Part shown: piece by piece, positions 32,684 through 46,770 of the stretch
How positions within the stretch are numbered: position 1 is the first letter of the stretch
Layout of the letters: the number at the start of each line of letters is the position of its first letter
DNA from: Prorocentrum cordatum
Taxonomy: Eukaryota
Direction: 5' to 3'
NCBI GenBank assembly: GCA_963575745.1
Contig: CAUYUJ010000003.1
Coordinates: 248,001 to 312,000 of the forward strand
Length of the DNA: 64,000 nucleotides
Notes under the pieces: generated by a model
The model's database searches: none
Told to the model about the DNA's origin: nothing
What the model saw: only the letters and a program-made list of their open reading frames with translations
Translations under genes and position numbers: made by a program

Positions 32684-33798
32684 CGGAGGCGGGGCCGCGC
32701 CTGTATCTTCGGCACGTAGAGGGACGCCGCGTTCCGCGCCACGTCCTGTCGGGCGGGGGCGTTGGAGAGGTGGGCGTCCACGAGGGGGACGGGGGGCGCA
32801 AATCATGGCCGGCGGCATGTGCCCGCCCAGGGGGCGGTGGCTGGGGACGCATTGAAACAAGAAGGGGGGGGGCCGGAAGCAAGAGGAGGCGTGACATCTG
32901 GGATATCATGGCCCCCGCCGTGATTTCCCCACCCCAGTCAGCACCCCCCTCTTGGCCGCCCCCGATCCTCGAGCCGCGCGTTCTCGGCCTCGAGCTCCTC
33001 GATCTTCTGCATGTATAGCATGCCCCCAGGACCCGCCTCCTGCCGCGGAGAGGGGGGTGGGGCAGGGACTCCTCCTCCTCCTGATCCTCCTCCTCCTCCT
33101 CCTCGCCCACGCTCGCCCACGGCCTAACGCCGCGGGGTCGTCTCCCAAGATCAGTCAGCCTCGAATCGGGCAGTCGGATCGAAGCGGAACATGCGTCGGA
33201 TCGGACTGCATCGGCACGGAGTCGAATTGGATCTGCCGCGTGAAGACGCACAACAGAGCCGTGCAAGCATCGGGCCGCATCCGGATCGTCGAAATACAGT
33301 AACCAAACCGGGTCGGGCTGGCCGAAATCGACGCCAGATCGGATCGATCGGATCAAGATGTGCCCCGATGTGGCGTGCAAGGCGAGGGTGGCGAGGGCCC
33401 GGGAGGAGGCTTGGCGGGCAGGCGCAATGCAGCTGCCCGTGGCACGCCGTTTAGCTTGCCTGCAGCCGTGCCTTAGCACTCTTGGCACTGACAGGCAAGC
33501 GCCACGGCCCGAGTCAACACTAAAAGAGACACCCAACCGAAGCGGCATCATACAGCAGTAGAAGAACAACACGCCTTTTACGTCGCAGCGCGGCAGAGGC
33601 AGTCCGTATGCGCGCTCGGGCAAACCCCACATAGAGGAACAACACACAGCATGTCAGCTAGCGTCGGCCCCTGAACAGTGTTTCTGACAGTCTAGGCTGT
33701 GCAATCTGTGTGGGGCAAATCACTATGGTGCAGTCGATGTTCCCCAAACGTGCTTGCACTCAGTCAGGGGTTGTTACTTATGTTCACTGAGCCGTGAG

Positions 33799-33976
33799 TT
33801 CGGTCTGGCGGCTATGTGGCCGACGTCGCCGCCCCGTCTCCGATTCGTCGCCGTGTCTTCGGTCTGGCGGCTATGTGGCCACCGTCGCCAACCAGTCGCC
33901 GGCTCGTCGCCGCCCGTCGCCTGGGCCCGTCTGTCGGTTTGGCGGTTCTGTGTTCGGCGTCGCCGCCCCGTCGCCG
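33799..33976. repeat. Three degenerate copies of a ~59-75-bp unit (ttcggtctggcggctatgtggcc)
   Basis: Units start near 33799, 33858 and 33933. Confidence 0.8.
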
Positions 33977-34189
33977 TTAAAAATTCTCTTCCCTGGAAAA
34001 GAGAATAGACTCGACCCCCCCCCGGCGTTATCGGTACCCCTTTCCGGTATGTAAATCGTATATGATTATGACGACATGTCCATCCTAAATATGAAATCAC
34101 AATGTCCCAAGCCAACCGGGTTCCCCCCCTGAGGTTCCTCTGTAAGAAAAAATAATACGCGGTGACATTTTTTGTTCTAGCATAACACT

Positions 34190-37100
34190 AGTTCACGAAT
34201 CCTTTGCAAAAAATGGGACGAAAGGCGCACGCGCGCGTCGTCCCGCGCGCCTGCCGAAATCCTTCGAAAACCTTCGGTGCCGGAAAGATTTCGCAATCGA
34301 GCTTCCACAAACAAACATACAAAAACGCAGGGTTTCGCAACACTGATCTGCTAAAAAAGCTTACGCGCGAGCTCTCGCGAAATCTGGAGAAAACCATGGG
34401 TTTTTCAAGATTTACACAAAATTCTAGCAAACGGGCCTCGTGCTCGTATATGTCGAAATCAGTCGAACGTCCTTGCGCGTGTGCCGTCGCGAGAATCCTC
34501 TGCAAAAAAACGGGACGAAGTGCAGACGCGCGCGTCGTCGCGCGCGTATGCCGAAATCCTTCAAAACCCATCGGTTTCGGAAGGATTTCAAAATCGTGTG
34601 TCCCAAAAAACCTACAAACACACAAGGTTTCGCAACACGGATTTTCAACAACAGCGTGCGCGCGCGCTCTTGCGTCGTCGTCGTCGTCGTCGTCGCCGTC
34701 CTCCCTCCTCCCGCGTCCTCGTCGTCGTCGTCGCCTACACCGTCGTCGTTGTCGCCGTGGTCGTCCTTCCTCCTCCTCCCTCGTCGTCGTTGTCGTCCGT
34801 CGTCGGCGTCTCGTCGTCGTCCCTCCTATTCCGTCGCCGTCATCGTCGTCGTCGTCGTCGTCGTTGTCGGCGTCTTCTCTCCTCCCTCGACGTTGTCGTC
34901 GTCGGCTTCGCCGTCCTTCCTTCTTCTTTGCGTTCGCGTCGTCGCCGTCCTCCCTCCTCCCTCGTCGTTGTCGTCGTTGTCGTCGTTGTCGTCGTTGTCG
35001 CCGTCGTCGTCCTCCCCCCTCCCTCGTCGTCGTCTTCGTTGGCGACGTCGTCGTCGTCTTCGTCGTCGTCGTCGGCGTCGGCGTCGTCGTCGTCTTTGTC
35101 GTCGTCGACGTCGGCGTCGTCGTCGCCGCCGTCGTCGTCGTCGCCGTGGTCGCTGTCGTCGACGGCGTCGGTTTCGTGGCCAAGTGCCATGTGGTGCCTA
35201 CCGTCACGGTCTTGAGTTGAGAGGTCTTGCGACCAAGTTGCGGGTGCGAGGGTGGGATGTTTGCACGAGCAGCGGAGAGGACAGCTTCAAGACGGTCAAA
35301 GGTGATTTCACAACGTAGATTCTCCCTTCTAAAAGAATATTTTGATCGACCTCCCCCCCACTCGGACTTAACGATTTCCTTTTCCAATCCTGCAATTCAT
35401 GTATGAGTCTGCCCCACTTTCCATCCTGAATCAGAATTCGTTCCATCCCAGACAGTCGGGCCTCGCCCCCTTCATCCTCCGGAAAAAATGGTATGCGCGC
35501 ATTCGTTTATCACAAATCAGCAGTTTCCGACAAGCCCTTGCAACACATGGCACGAAATGCGCACGCGCGCGTCGTCGGGCGCGCATGCCGAAATCTCTCA
35601 AGCACCGTCGGTATCGTAAGGGTTTCAAATCCGAATATCCGGGAAACATGAAAAATGGTTTCGCAACTCGGCTGTTCAAACAAGCCTGCGCCGGCGCTTT
35701 TGCCAACTCTTTACAAGAAACCATATTCCTCTTCCTATATCTTTATAAGCCCGGGCGGGGGGAAACCCCATCATCCCCCCCCAACAAACCGGACTCATGG
35801 GATCTGGGGCTTTGGGACCCCCGCGACGGGTCTCGAAGCGGCCATCGGGCCTCACATGGCGTTTTGCCAAGCCTTCCCAGCATACCTAGGGCGATCAGGG
35901 GAGTCATCGGAGACGTCCCAGAGACCCCCAAGACAGCACAAGATCGCTCCAAGAGTGACCGACGTGACCTCAAGATGGCCCAAGAGGCCTCCATGACGGC
36001 CCCAAAGGGGCCTCCAAGAGCACTCCCAAGAAGGCCCCCCGACGCAAAAACAATTGATTTTCTTTTGGTTTTGGTAACTTGCAGTGTTCTCCTCTTTTCG
36101 GCTTCCCGGCGCTCCAAGACGGCGGTCTTCTGGGCGTCCGAAGCCGCCTGGGAGGCTCCAAAATCGCCCCACAACCATCCGAAAGGGCTTCCAGGCAGTC
36201 CAAGAGACCCCCAAAACGACATAACACGGGCCCAAAATGGCCCTCAGAGAGCCCCATGGCGGCCCAAAATGGCCCAAAGACACCCTCCGAAGAACTCCAA
36301 ATCGTGACCCGGTCGTTCAGGGAAACCGCGGTTGGAGGCAGGGTGGCCCGAGGAAGCCCCCGGAGGCCCCCAGAATACGCCCAGGAGGTCTCCAGAAGGC
36401 CTTAAGAAAGCCTGAAACAACTGTTGTGAGGCCCCTAGAGGCTCTCCAAGGAGGAACCTCCGCGAAAAACAGCTGAGAAGGATGGGGGGAATGCGCAGGG
36501 CATGGCGAAAATAAGGAAAAAGAAGCATGGACGAAGGATAACGAATAAACATAATATAGAGGCGATGCCAGAAAAGGCAACCAGGAGTTATCGCTGAATT
36601 GTTGGCTTGACCTTCCTGCTATTCCGCCTGCGTACCAAACTTCAAGGACCAAGGTGCGAGGCGCGAAGTGCCACTGCGGTCTTGTATATATATATATGTT
36701 CGTATATATACATATATATACATATGTATATACACATATACATATATATATACACACATATCTACATATATACATATATATACACATATATGTGAAACTT
36801 TTTGATACAATGAAACCAAAATGGCCTCTCGCGCGCGCGTGTCGAAATCGCTCGAACGCCCTTGCGCGCATGACGTCGCAAAAAACCCTTTTCGCAAAAA
36901 ATGGGACGACGCGCGGGCGTTATCGCGCACGCGTGCCGAAATCCCTCAAAAACCGTCGGTGCCGTAAGGGTTTCACAAACGAATGTTCCGAATAGTCATG
37001 CACACACATGGTTTTGCAACATATTGTTTTCAAACAAATGCTTGCGCGCGCGCTCTAGCGAATTCTTAAGGAAACTATAGCTTGTTCAACATTGCCATCC

Positions 37101-37510
37101 AAGTCTGCCAAAAGGGCCTCTCGCGCCGCACGTCGCACTCATATGAACGCCCTTTGGACGCGTGTTGGGGGGCACGATCCGTGCCAAATCATGGCATGGG
37201 GGCCACTCGCGCGCGTCAGCCGCGCGCGCATGTCGAACTCCCCCCAAAATCTTCATCACCGACGCGGGGACATCGTCCTCGTTATCGGCGGGCGTGATCA
37301 ACATCGGCGCCGTCATTGGCCTTGCCGTCGTCATCGCCACCATCGTCACCATCACCGCCACTCTCATCATCGTGTCTGCCGTTGTTGGCGTCGCCATGAT
37401 ACCGCGCCCGCGAACGTCACCGATTCGCACTGAAGTTCCGCTGGAAGTGCCCAGCGGTCGGTGCCACCGCGGCCGCGCTGGTCGCGCCGCACAGCTGGTC
37501 AGCACTCATC
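34190..37510. repeat. Older, rearranged copy of the composite repeat unit (~295-bp subrepeats, a GTC-rich block and ttgcgggtgggagggtgggatgt-like motif); includes a TA/CA microsatellite at 36684-36792
   Basis: 34190-35350 resembles 37890-39300; 37040-37510 resembles 39960-40390. Confidence 0.8.
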
Positions 37511-38390
37511 CCGATCGCCGTCGCATGGGTTTTGCAAACCAAATTGCGGGTGGGTGGGTGGGATGTCTGCGCGGGCAGTGGGGTTGACAACTTCAAGTTC
37601 GGCACCGTGAACTGCACCTCATATGTTGCACCACGTAGATGCAGCACATCGAACGCACCACATAGATTGCACAACATAAATTCTCTTCTGTAGAAGAAAT
37701 AAACTCTACCCCCCAGAAATAACGATACCCTTTTTACCGTACTGCAATTTCACACGATTCTGCCCCATCGCCCATCCAAAAAATGAATTCATACGATCCC
37801 AGCCAAACCGGCATCACTCCCCCCCGCCATGCTCTGCAAAAAGCTATGCGCGCACTCTCGCATATCAGAAATCATAAGTTGCCAAGAATCCCTTGCAAAA
37901 AAAGGAACGAAGTGCACACGCGCGCGTCGTCGCGCGCGCATTCCGAAATCCTTCAAGAACCTTCGGTTCCGGAAGGATTTCAACATCGAGTTCCCAAACA
38001 ATATTCAAAACACATGGTTTCGCAACACTGATTCCCTAAAAAAGTCTACGCGCGCGTTCTTGCGAAAGCTTAGAAAAAAAAACATGAGTTTTAAACAATT
38101 TTCAAAAACGTACTACCAAACGGGCTTCGCGCGCGCACGGGGAAATCAATCGAACGCCCTTGCGCGTGCCGTCGCGAAAATCCTCTGCAGAAAACGAGAC
38201 GAAGTGCAAACGCGCGCGTCGTCGCGCGCGCATGCCGAAGTCCTTCAAAAACCTTCGGTTCGGAAGGATTTCGAAATCGCGCGTCCAAAGAAATACAACA
38301 ACACAAGGCTTCACAACAACGATTTTCAACAAAAGCGTGCGCGCGCGCCCTTGCGTCGTCGTCGTCGTCGTCGCCGTCCTCCCTCCTCCC

Positions 38391-38422
<32 letters not shown>

Positions 38423-41400
38423 TTCTGTCTTTCTTTGTCGTCGTCGTCGTCCTCTTTGGCGTTGTTGTCGTTCCAGTTGTCGTTGTCGCCGTGGTCATCA
38501 TTCCGTCTCCCTCGTCGTCGTCGTCGTCCGTCGTCGGCGTCTCGTCGTCGTCCCTTCTATTTCGTCGCCGTGGTCGTCGTCGTCGTCGTCGTCGTCGTCC
38601 TCCCTCCTCCCTCGTCGTTGTCGTCGTCGGCGTCGCCGTCCTCCCTCCTTCGTCGTCGTTCGTCGTCGCCGTCCTCCCTCCTCCCTCGTCGTTGTCGTCG
38701 TTGTCGCCGTCGTCGTCTTCCCTCTTCCCTCGTGGTCGTCGTCTTCGTTGGCGACGTCGTCGTCGTCGTCGTCTTCGTCGTCGTCGTCGGCGCCGTCGTC
38801 GTCGTCGTCGTCGTCGTCGGCGTCGTCGTCGTTGTCGTCGGCGCCGTCATCGCCGTCGTCGTCATCGTCGTCGTCGTCGGCGCCGTCGTCGTCGCCGCCT
38901 TCGTCGTTGTCGGCGTCGTCGTCGTCGGCGTAGTCGTCGTCGTCGTCGGCGTCGTCATCGTCGTTGTCGCTTTTGGCGTCGTCATCGTCGTCGTCGTCGG
39001 CGTCGTCGTTGTCGTCGTCGTCAAAGTGGTCGTCGTCGTCGCCGTCGTCTGTGTCGTATTAGTCGCCGTCGGCGTCGTCGTCGTCGTTGTCGGTGTCGTC
39101 GTCAGTGTCGTTGCCAAGCGCCATTCGCTACCAACCGTCACGGAGGTCTTGCGACCAAGTTGCGGGTGGGAGGGTGGGATGTTTGCACAGGTCGTGGAGA
39201 GGACAGCTTCAAGACAGCCAAAGTGAATTGCAACGCGAAGATTGCGCAACATCGACCGCGCAGCAAATATTATACCAATGTATTCTCCTTTCTGACAAGA
39301 AATTCGACTCGACCCCTCCTGGGTGATCCGCCCCCCCTTTTCGTATCGCGCTTTAACCGCGACTGTGCCCAACCAGTCACTCGAAATCTCAATGCGTACC
39401 ATGGCTGGCAGGCTGGTATCGCCCCACCTTGAACTATCTGGAGAAAAAAGCTATGCGCGCGCAATCGTCCATCACAGATCGAAAGTTCCCTCGCGCGTCG
39501 TGCAAAAATTGGACGAATTGAACGCGCGCGCGCCATCGCCGCGCATTGAAAAACCCTTCGGGCACCAGTAGACGTCGCGAGGATTTCCAACCCGAGTGCC
39601 CAACCAACCTTTGAAAAGACACGTGGTTTCGCAACAATGATGTTTAAACAAGCTTGCGCTCGCGCCCTTGCGATTTTTATGAAAACCATTGGTTTTCAAT
39701 CTATTCACGCAGTGCTACCAAACGGGCTTCGCGCGCGCATGCCGAAATCGTTCGGATTCCCTCGCGCGCGTGCTGTCGCAAAGGCCCGTTTCCAAAAGTG
39801 GGGCGAAGTGCGCGCGCGCGGTGTCGCGCGCGCGCGCCGCAATCCTGCAAAAAAGACGTCGGTGTCGGACGGGTGTCAAAACCGAATGCCCCGAAACCAT
39901 GCCACAACCATATACAACATATGGCTATATAGCTTCGCAAAATCAATTGTCGACCAAACCTGCGCCCGAGCTCCTGCGAACCCTTCAAACAACTATGGAT
40001 TCTACATGCTGTTCACGGACTTCTGCCGAACGGGCCTCACGCGCCGCATGCCGGGATCATTCGAAAAACCTTGCGCGCGCGCTGGGGGGGCGGGGCGCGA
40101 TCCGTGTCAGGAAATACCACGCGGCCACTCGCGCACGTCGTCGCCGACGCGAGGACACCGCCATCGTCGTCGGCGTCATCAGCGTCGGCGCCATAACTGG
40201 CCGCGCCGACGTCGCTGTCAACATCACCACCAGCATCGCTACTATCAGCATCGTGTCTACCGCTGTCGATGTTGCCATGATGCCGCGCCCGCCAATGTCG
40301 CCGACTCGCACTGAAGTGCCCGCTGGGATGTGCCCAGCGGTCAGCGCCGCCACGGCCGCGTCGGTCGCGCAAAGCTAGCTGGCCGCTGCGCAAAAGTGCA
40401 TGCGCGGGCTGGCGCGGCCGCAGAAACGCACCAGCAAACACCAAGCACTCATGGCAACTGCCGCCGCTCGCGTTTTGCAGGACCAGTTGCGGGTGGGCGG
40501 GTGGGATGATTGCGCGAGTAGTGGAGCTGACAACTGCGAGCTCCACAAAAAATACACCGCATATATTGCACCAAATATGTTGTTGTTGAGGAGGAGGAGG
40601 AGGAGGAGGAGGAGGAGGGGGAAGAGGAGGGGGGGGGGGGGAGGAGGAAGCTGCCGCCATGGGCCTCCGGTCGCAGCAGCAGTCGCGGCAGCCACAGGTC
40701 TGGCAGGTGGCCGAGAGCGCCGAGTGCGGAGGGGGCCTAACGCGCCATGTTGAGGTCAGCAGCGGCCCGCGGTCTGCGGCAAACGTGGGTCGCAGTCTCT
40801 CCTTTTCTGCTACTGCGGAACATATACTTAGCAGCGAAAGGCCCGCTTGCGGAACCCCTTGGGAGCGGGCCAAACTTGGGCGGCCCATCGCATTAAGGGC
40901 ACGGGGGCCTCTTCAGCAGATGCGCCAGACCAGACCGCCAGCATCGAGTATTCCTTATGCAGACAGTGGGGACCTGAGTTAGGCTGCGCCCCCACTGTGC
41001 AATTAGGGTCGAAGGCCCTTTTGCCCTCGATGCAAAAAAAGGCGGCGAGCAGGGGGGGGGGAATGATGAGCCCCTCTCAAAAGGCGGCGGGGCGGGACTT
41101 CGGGGCCTTCTCTGAGGAGGCCTCCTCCTTTTCACTTCCGCGCTTGATTGCCCCAGCAAGGGCCGCGAACCCTTTGGGGCGGACCTAAGCTAGGAGGGCC
41201 CAAAACATTGCGGATAAGGGAGCTTTTGCGTAGATGCATCGAACCAGGCCGCCCCGATGTCTCATCTCTAATGCAAAGACGGGGGCCTCAGTGAGGCCGC
41301 GACTTCACGGTGTCATTAGGGTTGCAATAGGAGATCGACCACGAGGAACTTCCCTCAAGAAACCCAACCCTGAGACCCTAGGGCGCCCATTGACTTCTGG

Positions 41401-41905
41401 CGTGGGAACGTCGCGCCTCCCATGGCAGAGCCATCGAGAACCGAGAAGCCCGGGGCGCCCTGGAGGTAAGCACGGCGCTTCTTTGCGCGGGTTTCCACTG
41501 TAGGGGCCTTTTTGTTTTCAATCCCTCGCCCGCCGCGAAAAATATTAAAGAACGCGTGCCCGGCGGCGCGGCGGCGGCCGCGGCCGAGCGCCAGGGCGGC
41601 AGCGACCCGCGCGGCGGCTGCCTCCGCGGCTGGGGCGGTCGGAGGCCCTGGCGGGCGCCGAGGCCGCGCGGCGGGGGGGGGCCCGGGAGCGGCGCGGACC
41701 TGCGCGGCCCGCGAGGTCACAGAGGAGGCCGCGCCCAGGACGGGTGGGGAAGAGGAGAGAGGAGGAGGGGGAGGTGGTGGAGGAGGAGGAAAAGAAGGAA
41801 GAAGAGGGGGAGGAAGAGGAGGAGGAGGAGCAGGTCGCTGCGCGCGAAAGCATGCGCGGCCCAGCGCGACCGCTGATCTGCACCAGCCAACGCCAAGCAC
41901 TCGTC
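37511..41905. repeat. Copy 1 of a tandem segmental duplication (~4.4 kb)
   Basis: Starts at atcgccgtcgcatgggttttgcaaacc and is colinear with 41906-46770. Confidence 0.9.
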
Positions 41906-43684
41906 CCAATCGCCGTCGCATGGGTTTTGCAAACCAAGTTGCGGGTGGGTAGGTGGGATGTCTGCGCGGGCAGTGGGGTTGACAACTTCAAGTTCGGCAC
42001 CGTGAACTGCGCCGCATATTTTGCACCGCGTAGATGCAGCACATCGAACGCACCACGTAGATTGCACAACATATATTCTCCTCTGTAAGAGAAAAATGAA
42101 CTCTACCCCTTCCCCGGAAATAACGATACCCTTTATCGCACTGCAAGTTCACATGATTCAGCCCCATCGTCCATCCAAAATATGAATTCATACGATCCCA
42201 GCCAAACCGGTATCACTCCCCCCCGCCATCCTCAGCAAAAAACTATGCGCGCACTCTCGCTTATCAAAAATTATCCCGGCAAAGCAACCTAACAGCCATG
42301 TGTAGGAGCATCCCTGGGTTGAACAGCATCTCGACGAAAAGGCAGCTCTCCCCCCCCCTCCTCCTCCTCCTCCTCGTCCTCCTCCTCCTCCTCCTCCTCC
42401 TCCTCCTCCTCCTCCTCCTCCTCCTCCTCTCCTCCTCCTCCTCCTCCTCCTCCTCCTGGTAGTCCTCCCCCTCCCCTCCTCCTCCTCCTCCTCCTCTTCC
42501 TGGTCGTCCTCCTCCTCCTGGTCGTCCTCCTCCTCCTGCTCGTCCTCCTCCTCCTCCTGCTCGTCCTTCTTCTCCTGCTCCTCCTGCTCCTCGTCCTGCT
42601 CCTGCTCGTCCTCGTCCTCCTGGTCTTGCTCGTCCTCCTCCTCGTCGTGCTCTTGCCCCTGCTGAAAATGTGGCCCAGGAATGGGAGTTCTGGGAAGTCG
42701 AAGAGCACGAAGTTGCCTACAGTTGGCTACGGGCATTCAAAATGTGGCCCGGGAATGGAGTTCTGGGAACTCGAAGAGCACGAAGTGGCCTACAGTTGGC
42801 TCCGGGCATTCAAAATGTGGCCCGGGAATGGAGTTCTGGGAACTCGAAGAGCACGAAGTGGCCTACAGTTGGCTCCGGGCATTCAAAATGTGGCCCGGGA
42901 ATGGAGTTCTGGGGACTCGAAGACCACGAAGTGGCCTACAGTTGGCTCCGGGCATTCAAAATGTGGCCCGGGAATGGAGTTCTGGGAAGTCGAAGAGCAC
43001 GAAGTGGCCTGCAGTTGGCTCCGGGCATTCAGAATGTGGCCCGGGAATGGAGTTCTGGGAGGTCGAAGAGCACGAAGTGTGTGACTGTTGGCTTAAAACG
43101 ACTTCTGCGGCACCCTGTCCGGCACCCGCCCAGACCCCCCTGTGGAGTCATCTGCTGCTCTCTTTTGACCCCACTGGAAACCTATCAGAACAAGCTGTTA
43201 GGTAATCATAAGTTGTCAAGAGTCCCTTGCAAAAAAGGAACGAAGTGCACACGCGCGCGTCGTCGCGCGCGCATTCCGAAATCATTCAAGAACCCTCGGT
43301 TCCAGAAGGATTCCAACATCGAGCTCTCAAACAACATTCAAAACGCATGGTTTCGCAACGCTGATTTCCTAAAAAGTCCACGCGCGCGGTCATGCGAAAT
43401 CTACAAAAGACATAAGTTTTAAACCATTTTCAAAACGTATTACCAAACGGGCCTCGCGCGCGCGCATGTCGAAATCATTCGAACGCCCTTGCGCGTGCCG
43501 TCGCGAGAATCCGCTGCAGAAAAAAAAACGAAGTGCAAACGCGCGCGTCGTCGCGCGCGCATGCCGAAATCCTTCAAAAACCTTCGGTTCGGAAGGATGT
43601 CGAAATCGCGCGTCCAAGAAAATGCAAAAAAAAACAAGGTTTCACAACGCGGATGTTCAACAAAAGCGTGCGCGCGCGCCCTTG

Positions 43685-43718
<34 letters not shown>

Positions 43719-43730
43719 CTCCCTCCTCCC

Positions 43731-43762
<32 letters not shown>

Positions 43763-44129
43763 CTCTGTCGTTCTTTGTCGTCGTCGTCCTCTTTGGCGTT
43801 GTCGTCGTTCCAATCGTCGTTGTCGCCGTGGTCATCCTTCCTCCTTCCTCGTCGTCGTCGTCGTCCGTCGTCGGCGCCTCGTCGTCGTCCCTCCTATTTC
43901 GTCGCCGTGGTCGTCGTCGTCGTCGTTGTCTTCCCTCCTCCCTCGTCGTTGTCGTCGTCGGCGTCGCCGTCCTCCCTCCTTCGTCGCCGTTCGTGTCGTC
44001 GCCGTCCTCCCTCCTCCCTCGTCGTTGTCGTCGTTGTCGCCGTCGTCGTCCTCCCTCCTCCCTCGTGGTCGTCGTCTTCGTTGGCGACGTCGTCGTAGTC
44101 GTCGTCTTCGTCGTCGGCGCCGTCGTCGG

Positions 44130-44161
<32 letters not shown>

Positions 44162-46770
44162 GCGCCGTCGTCGTCGTCGTCTTCGTCGTTGTCGGCGTCG
44201 TCGTCGTCGGCGTAGTCGTCGTCGTCGTCGGCGTCGTCATCGTCGCTGTCGTTTTCGGCGTCGTCATCGTCGTCGTCGTCGTCGGCGTCGTCGTTGTCGT
44301 CGTCGTCAAAGTGGTCGTCGTCGTCGCCGTCGTCTGTGTCGTATTAGTCGTCGTCGGCGTCGTCGTCGTCGTTGTCGGTGTCGCCGTCGTCGTCGGTGTC
44401 GCTGCCAAGTGCAATTTGGTACCTGCCGTCGCGGTCATAGGAGGTATTGCGACCAAGTTGCGGGTGGGAGGGTGGGATGTTTGCACGAGTCGTGGGGAGG
44501 ACAGAATCAAGACAGCCAAAGTGAATTGCAACGCGTAGGTTGCGCAACATCGACCGCACAGCAAATATTGTACCAATGCATTCTCTTTTCTGGCAAGAAA
44601 TTCGATTCGACCCCTCCTGGGTGATCCGCCCCCCTTTTCGTACCGCACTTTAACCGCGACTGTGCCCAACCAGCCACTCGAAATCTCAATGCGTACCATG
44701 ACTGGCAGGCTGGTATCGCCCCCTTGAACCATCTGGAGAAAAAAACTTTTGCGCGCGCAGATGCCCATCACAAATCGAAACAACCTTTAAACAAACACGT
44801 GGTTTCGCAACAAGTTTTTTTTTATATAAAAAAGCTTGCTTGCTCGCGCCCTTGCGGTTGTTGCGGGAGCCATTGGTTTTCAATCTCTTCGCGCAGTGCT
44901 ACCGAACGGGCTTCGCGCGCGCATGCCGAAATCGTTCGACTTCCCTCGCGCGCGTGCTATCGCAAGGGCCCGCTTCCAAAAGTGGGGCGAAACGCGCGCG
45001 CGCTGTCGCGCGCGCGCGCGCCGCAATCCTACAAAAAAATCTTGGGCGTCGCGCGGGCGTCAAAACCGAGTGCCCCGAAACCATGTCACAACCGCAAGCA
45101 ACGTATGGTCATATGGCTTCGCAAAATAAAGTGTCGACCAAACCTGCGCTCGAGCTCCTGCGAACCCTTCAAACAACTATGGGCCATGCATGCTGTTCAC
45201 GGACTTCTGCCGAACGGGCCTCGCGCGCCGCATGCCGAGATCATTCGACAAAACCTTGCGCGCGCGCTGGGGGGTGGGGCGCGATCCGCGTCAGGAAATA
45301 CTACGCGGCCACTCGTGCACGTCATCGCCGACGCGAGGACACCGCCATCGTCGTCGGCGTCATCAGCGTCGGCGCCATAACTGGCCGCGCCGACGTCGCT
45401 GTCAACATCGCCACCAGCATCGCTACTATCAGCATCGTGTCTACCGCTGTCGATGTTGCCATGATGCCGCGCCCGCCAACGTCGCCGACTCGCGCTGAAG
45501 TGCCCGCTGGGATGTGCCCAGCGGTCAGCGCCGCCACGGCCGCGTTGGTCGCGCAAAGCTAGCTGGCCGCTGCGCAAAAGTGCATGCGCGGGCTGGCGCG
45601 GCCGCAGAAACGCACCAGCAAACACCAAGCACTCATGGCAATTGCCGCCGCTCGCGTTTTGCAGGACAAGTTGCGGGCGGGCGGGCGGGGTGATTGCGCG
45701 AGCAGTGGAGCTGACAACTGCGAGCTCCACAAAAAATGCACCGCCTATATATTGCACCAAATATGTCGTTGTTGAGGAGGAGGGGGAGGGGGAAGAGGAG
45801 GGGGGGGGGGGGGGGCGCCGCCATGGGCCTCCGGTCGCAGCAGCAGTCGCGGCAGCCACAGGTCTGGCAGGTGGCCGAGAGCGCCGAGTGCGGAAAGGGG
45901 GCCTAACGCGCCATGTTGAGGTCAGCAGCGGCGAGCAGGGGTGGGGGGGGGGAGAATGATGAGCCCCTCTCAAGGTGGCGGGGCGGGACTTCGGGGCCTT
46001 CTGAGGAGGCCTCCTCCTTTTCATCTCCGCGCTTGATTGCCCCAGAAAGGGCCGCGAACCCTTTGGGGCGGACCTAAGTTGGGGGGGCCCAAAACATTGC
46101 GGATAAGGGGGCCTTTGCTTAGATGCATCGAACCGGGCCGCCCCGATGTCTCATCTCTAACGCAAAGACGGGGGCCTCAGTGAGGCCGCGACTCCATGGT
46201 GTCATTAGGGTTGTAATAGGAGCTCTACCAAGAAGAACTTCCAACAAGAAACCCAACCCTGAGACCCGAGGGCGCCCATTGACTTCTGGCGTGGGAACGT
46301 CGCGCCCCCCGCGGCCAAGCCGTCGAGAACCGGGAAACCCAGGGCGCCCTGGAAGGTGAGTGCGGCGTTTCTTTGCGCGGGTTTCCACCGCAGGGGCCAT
46401 TTGTTTTCAATCCCTCGCCCGCCGCGACAAATATTAAGGAACGCGAGCCCGGCGGCGTCGCGGCGGCCGCGGCCGAGCGCCGGGGAGGCAGCGACCCGCG
46501 CGGCGGCTGCCTCCGCGGCCGGGGCGGTCGGCGGCCCTGGCGGGCGCCAAGGCTGCGCGCGAGCCGGCGGCCAGGAGGCGGGGGGGGCCCCGGGGGCGGC
46601 GCGGGCCCGCGCGGCCGGCGAGGTCACAGAGGAGGCCGCGCCCAGGAGGGGGAGGGAAGAGGAAGGAGGAGGAGGGGGAGGTGCTTGGCGAGGGGGGGGA
46701 GGAAGAAGAGGAGGAGGAGGAGTAGGAGGAGCAGGAGGAGGGGGAGGAGGAGGAGGAGGAGGCAGAGGAG
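41906..46770. repeat. Copy 2 of the tandem segmental duplication, with a ~0.93-kb insertion and truncated by LINE-B
   Basis: Colinear with copy 1 except for the 42272-43203 insertion and deletions relative to about 39480-39600 and 40770-41045; ends in a GGA tract. Confidence 0.9.
42665..43078. repeat. 73-bp minisatellite, ~5.7 highly similar copies
   Basis: Units start at 42665, 42739, 42812, 42885, 42958 and 43031. Confidence 0.95.

Noticed and set aside
42665..43078. CRISPR array
   Set aside because: Whole units are near-identical with no unique spacers, there are no cas genes, and the context is eukaryotic.
34188..44783. Thr-rich, Val-rich or Arg-rich mucin-like ORFs
   Set aside because: Translations of (GTC)n satellite, open in multiple frames on both strands.
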